Source of the DNA: Octopus vulgaris | Taxonomy: Eukaryota | Direction of reading: 5' to 3' | DNA: 64,000 bases | Assembly (NCBI GenBank): GCA_951406725.2 | Contig: OX597825.1 | Span: 75,516,001-75,580,000, forward strand | Part shown: in pieces, positions 63,185 to 64,000 of the stretch | How positions within the stretch are numbered: position 1 is the stretch's first letter | Layout: each line of letters begins with the position of its first letter | Program-made: the position numbers and the translations under genes | Notes under the pieces: generated by a model | What the model was told of the DNA's origin: nothing | Seen by the model: the letters and a program-made list of their open reading frames with translations, nothing else | Databases searched by the model: none

Positions 63185-63480
63185 TTGCGGATACAACTGC
63201 GTACAAAAATAGGGATTAATGTATAATTTCTTTCTATGTTCATAATTAAATCACCGTTTTACTAATTTGAGATAAACAAACTCTCATTTCCTCATCAACA
63301 CAAAGGGTCTTGGAGACTAATGCCTCTCTGTATATAAAATAGTGCATTGATATAATATTTGGATTTATCTTTCTGATGGTTGCTGCCAAGCCTCTCGCTT
63401 TCCTTGTCATACTTGGGGCACCATCCATGCAAATTCCAATACAAGAATTCCACGAAATCGTAACCTTTTCAAAATTCTCA
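63185..63480 (-). mobile_element. hAT (Buster/SPIN-like) transposase fragment
   Basis: SWNSCIGICMDGAPSMT...GL...MHYFIYREALVSK (DGA and H-x-x-x-x-REAL motifs). Confidence 0.75.
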
Positions 63481-64000
63481 GGCAGGGCTTGAAAAATATC
63501 TTCCTCCTTAGTACATTCTGAAAACGATAAAATGGTGAAACAGGTCAGTTCATCTCAAATTCTTTGTAAACTCCTAAATATATCTCCTTCTGTGTATATA
63601 TATACACCACCAACATATGACCTTTTTGAACTTATAATTTTCTGTGTATATATATATATAGATACTTCCTAACAAACATGATTTTTAATGAAATCCTAAT
63701 ATTTTTAATAAATTTTTAAATATTTTCTCAAGATTTTTCCTATCCAGTTCAGAAATTTAGCATGTAAATATTGCATTGAAAAACCCTTTTGGATAGAATT
63801 AGTCAAAGGCTTTGAGGTATTCTGAAAATAAGAATTAATTCACATTCTCTCAAAAGTTTATAGAAAAATTATTATGACATCAACAACATATGATTTTCAT
63901 TGGTAAGAATAAAGCTTCTAAAATGGATATAAAAGTTTGAATGATTGCTTTGGTCCAGTGGTAGAACATCTGTCAAGTCTACAGGGGAAATTAGATTGAG

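Overview
AT-rich, microsatellite-dense eukaryotic DNA made almost entirely of transposable-element debris. The repeat repertoire (tRNA/CORE-type SINEs, RTE LINEs ending in (GAT)n, very abundant (TA)n) suggests a coleoid cephalopod such as Octopus; this is an inference, not a database result. Most ORFs in the supplied track are microsatellite artefacts. The dominant biology is Penelope-like elements (PLEs) from at least four families. One is a young copy with an uninterrupted ~800-aa RT + GIY-YIG ORF inside a ~1.5-kb inverted repeat (16102-20743). Several PLE termini share one asymmetric fold-back architecture inserted in (TA)n: one arm stops at an internal AT-rich site and the other carries an extra 3' tail. 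The termini carry a diverse set of hammerhead-ribozyme (HHR) motifs: minimal, giant stem II, U3:A8 core, a CUGAUG-CG variant, and a tRNA-head + HHR cassette. Also present are RTE, CR1, L1/Tx1 and R4-type LINE fragments, mariner/Tc1, hAT and Helitron remnants, and two phase-compatible candidate exons of an unidentified host gene (30197-30390, 49895-49982). Repeat boundaries were read by eye and are approximate.
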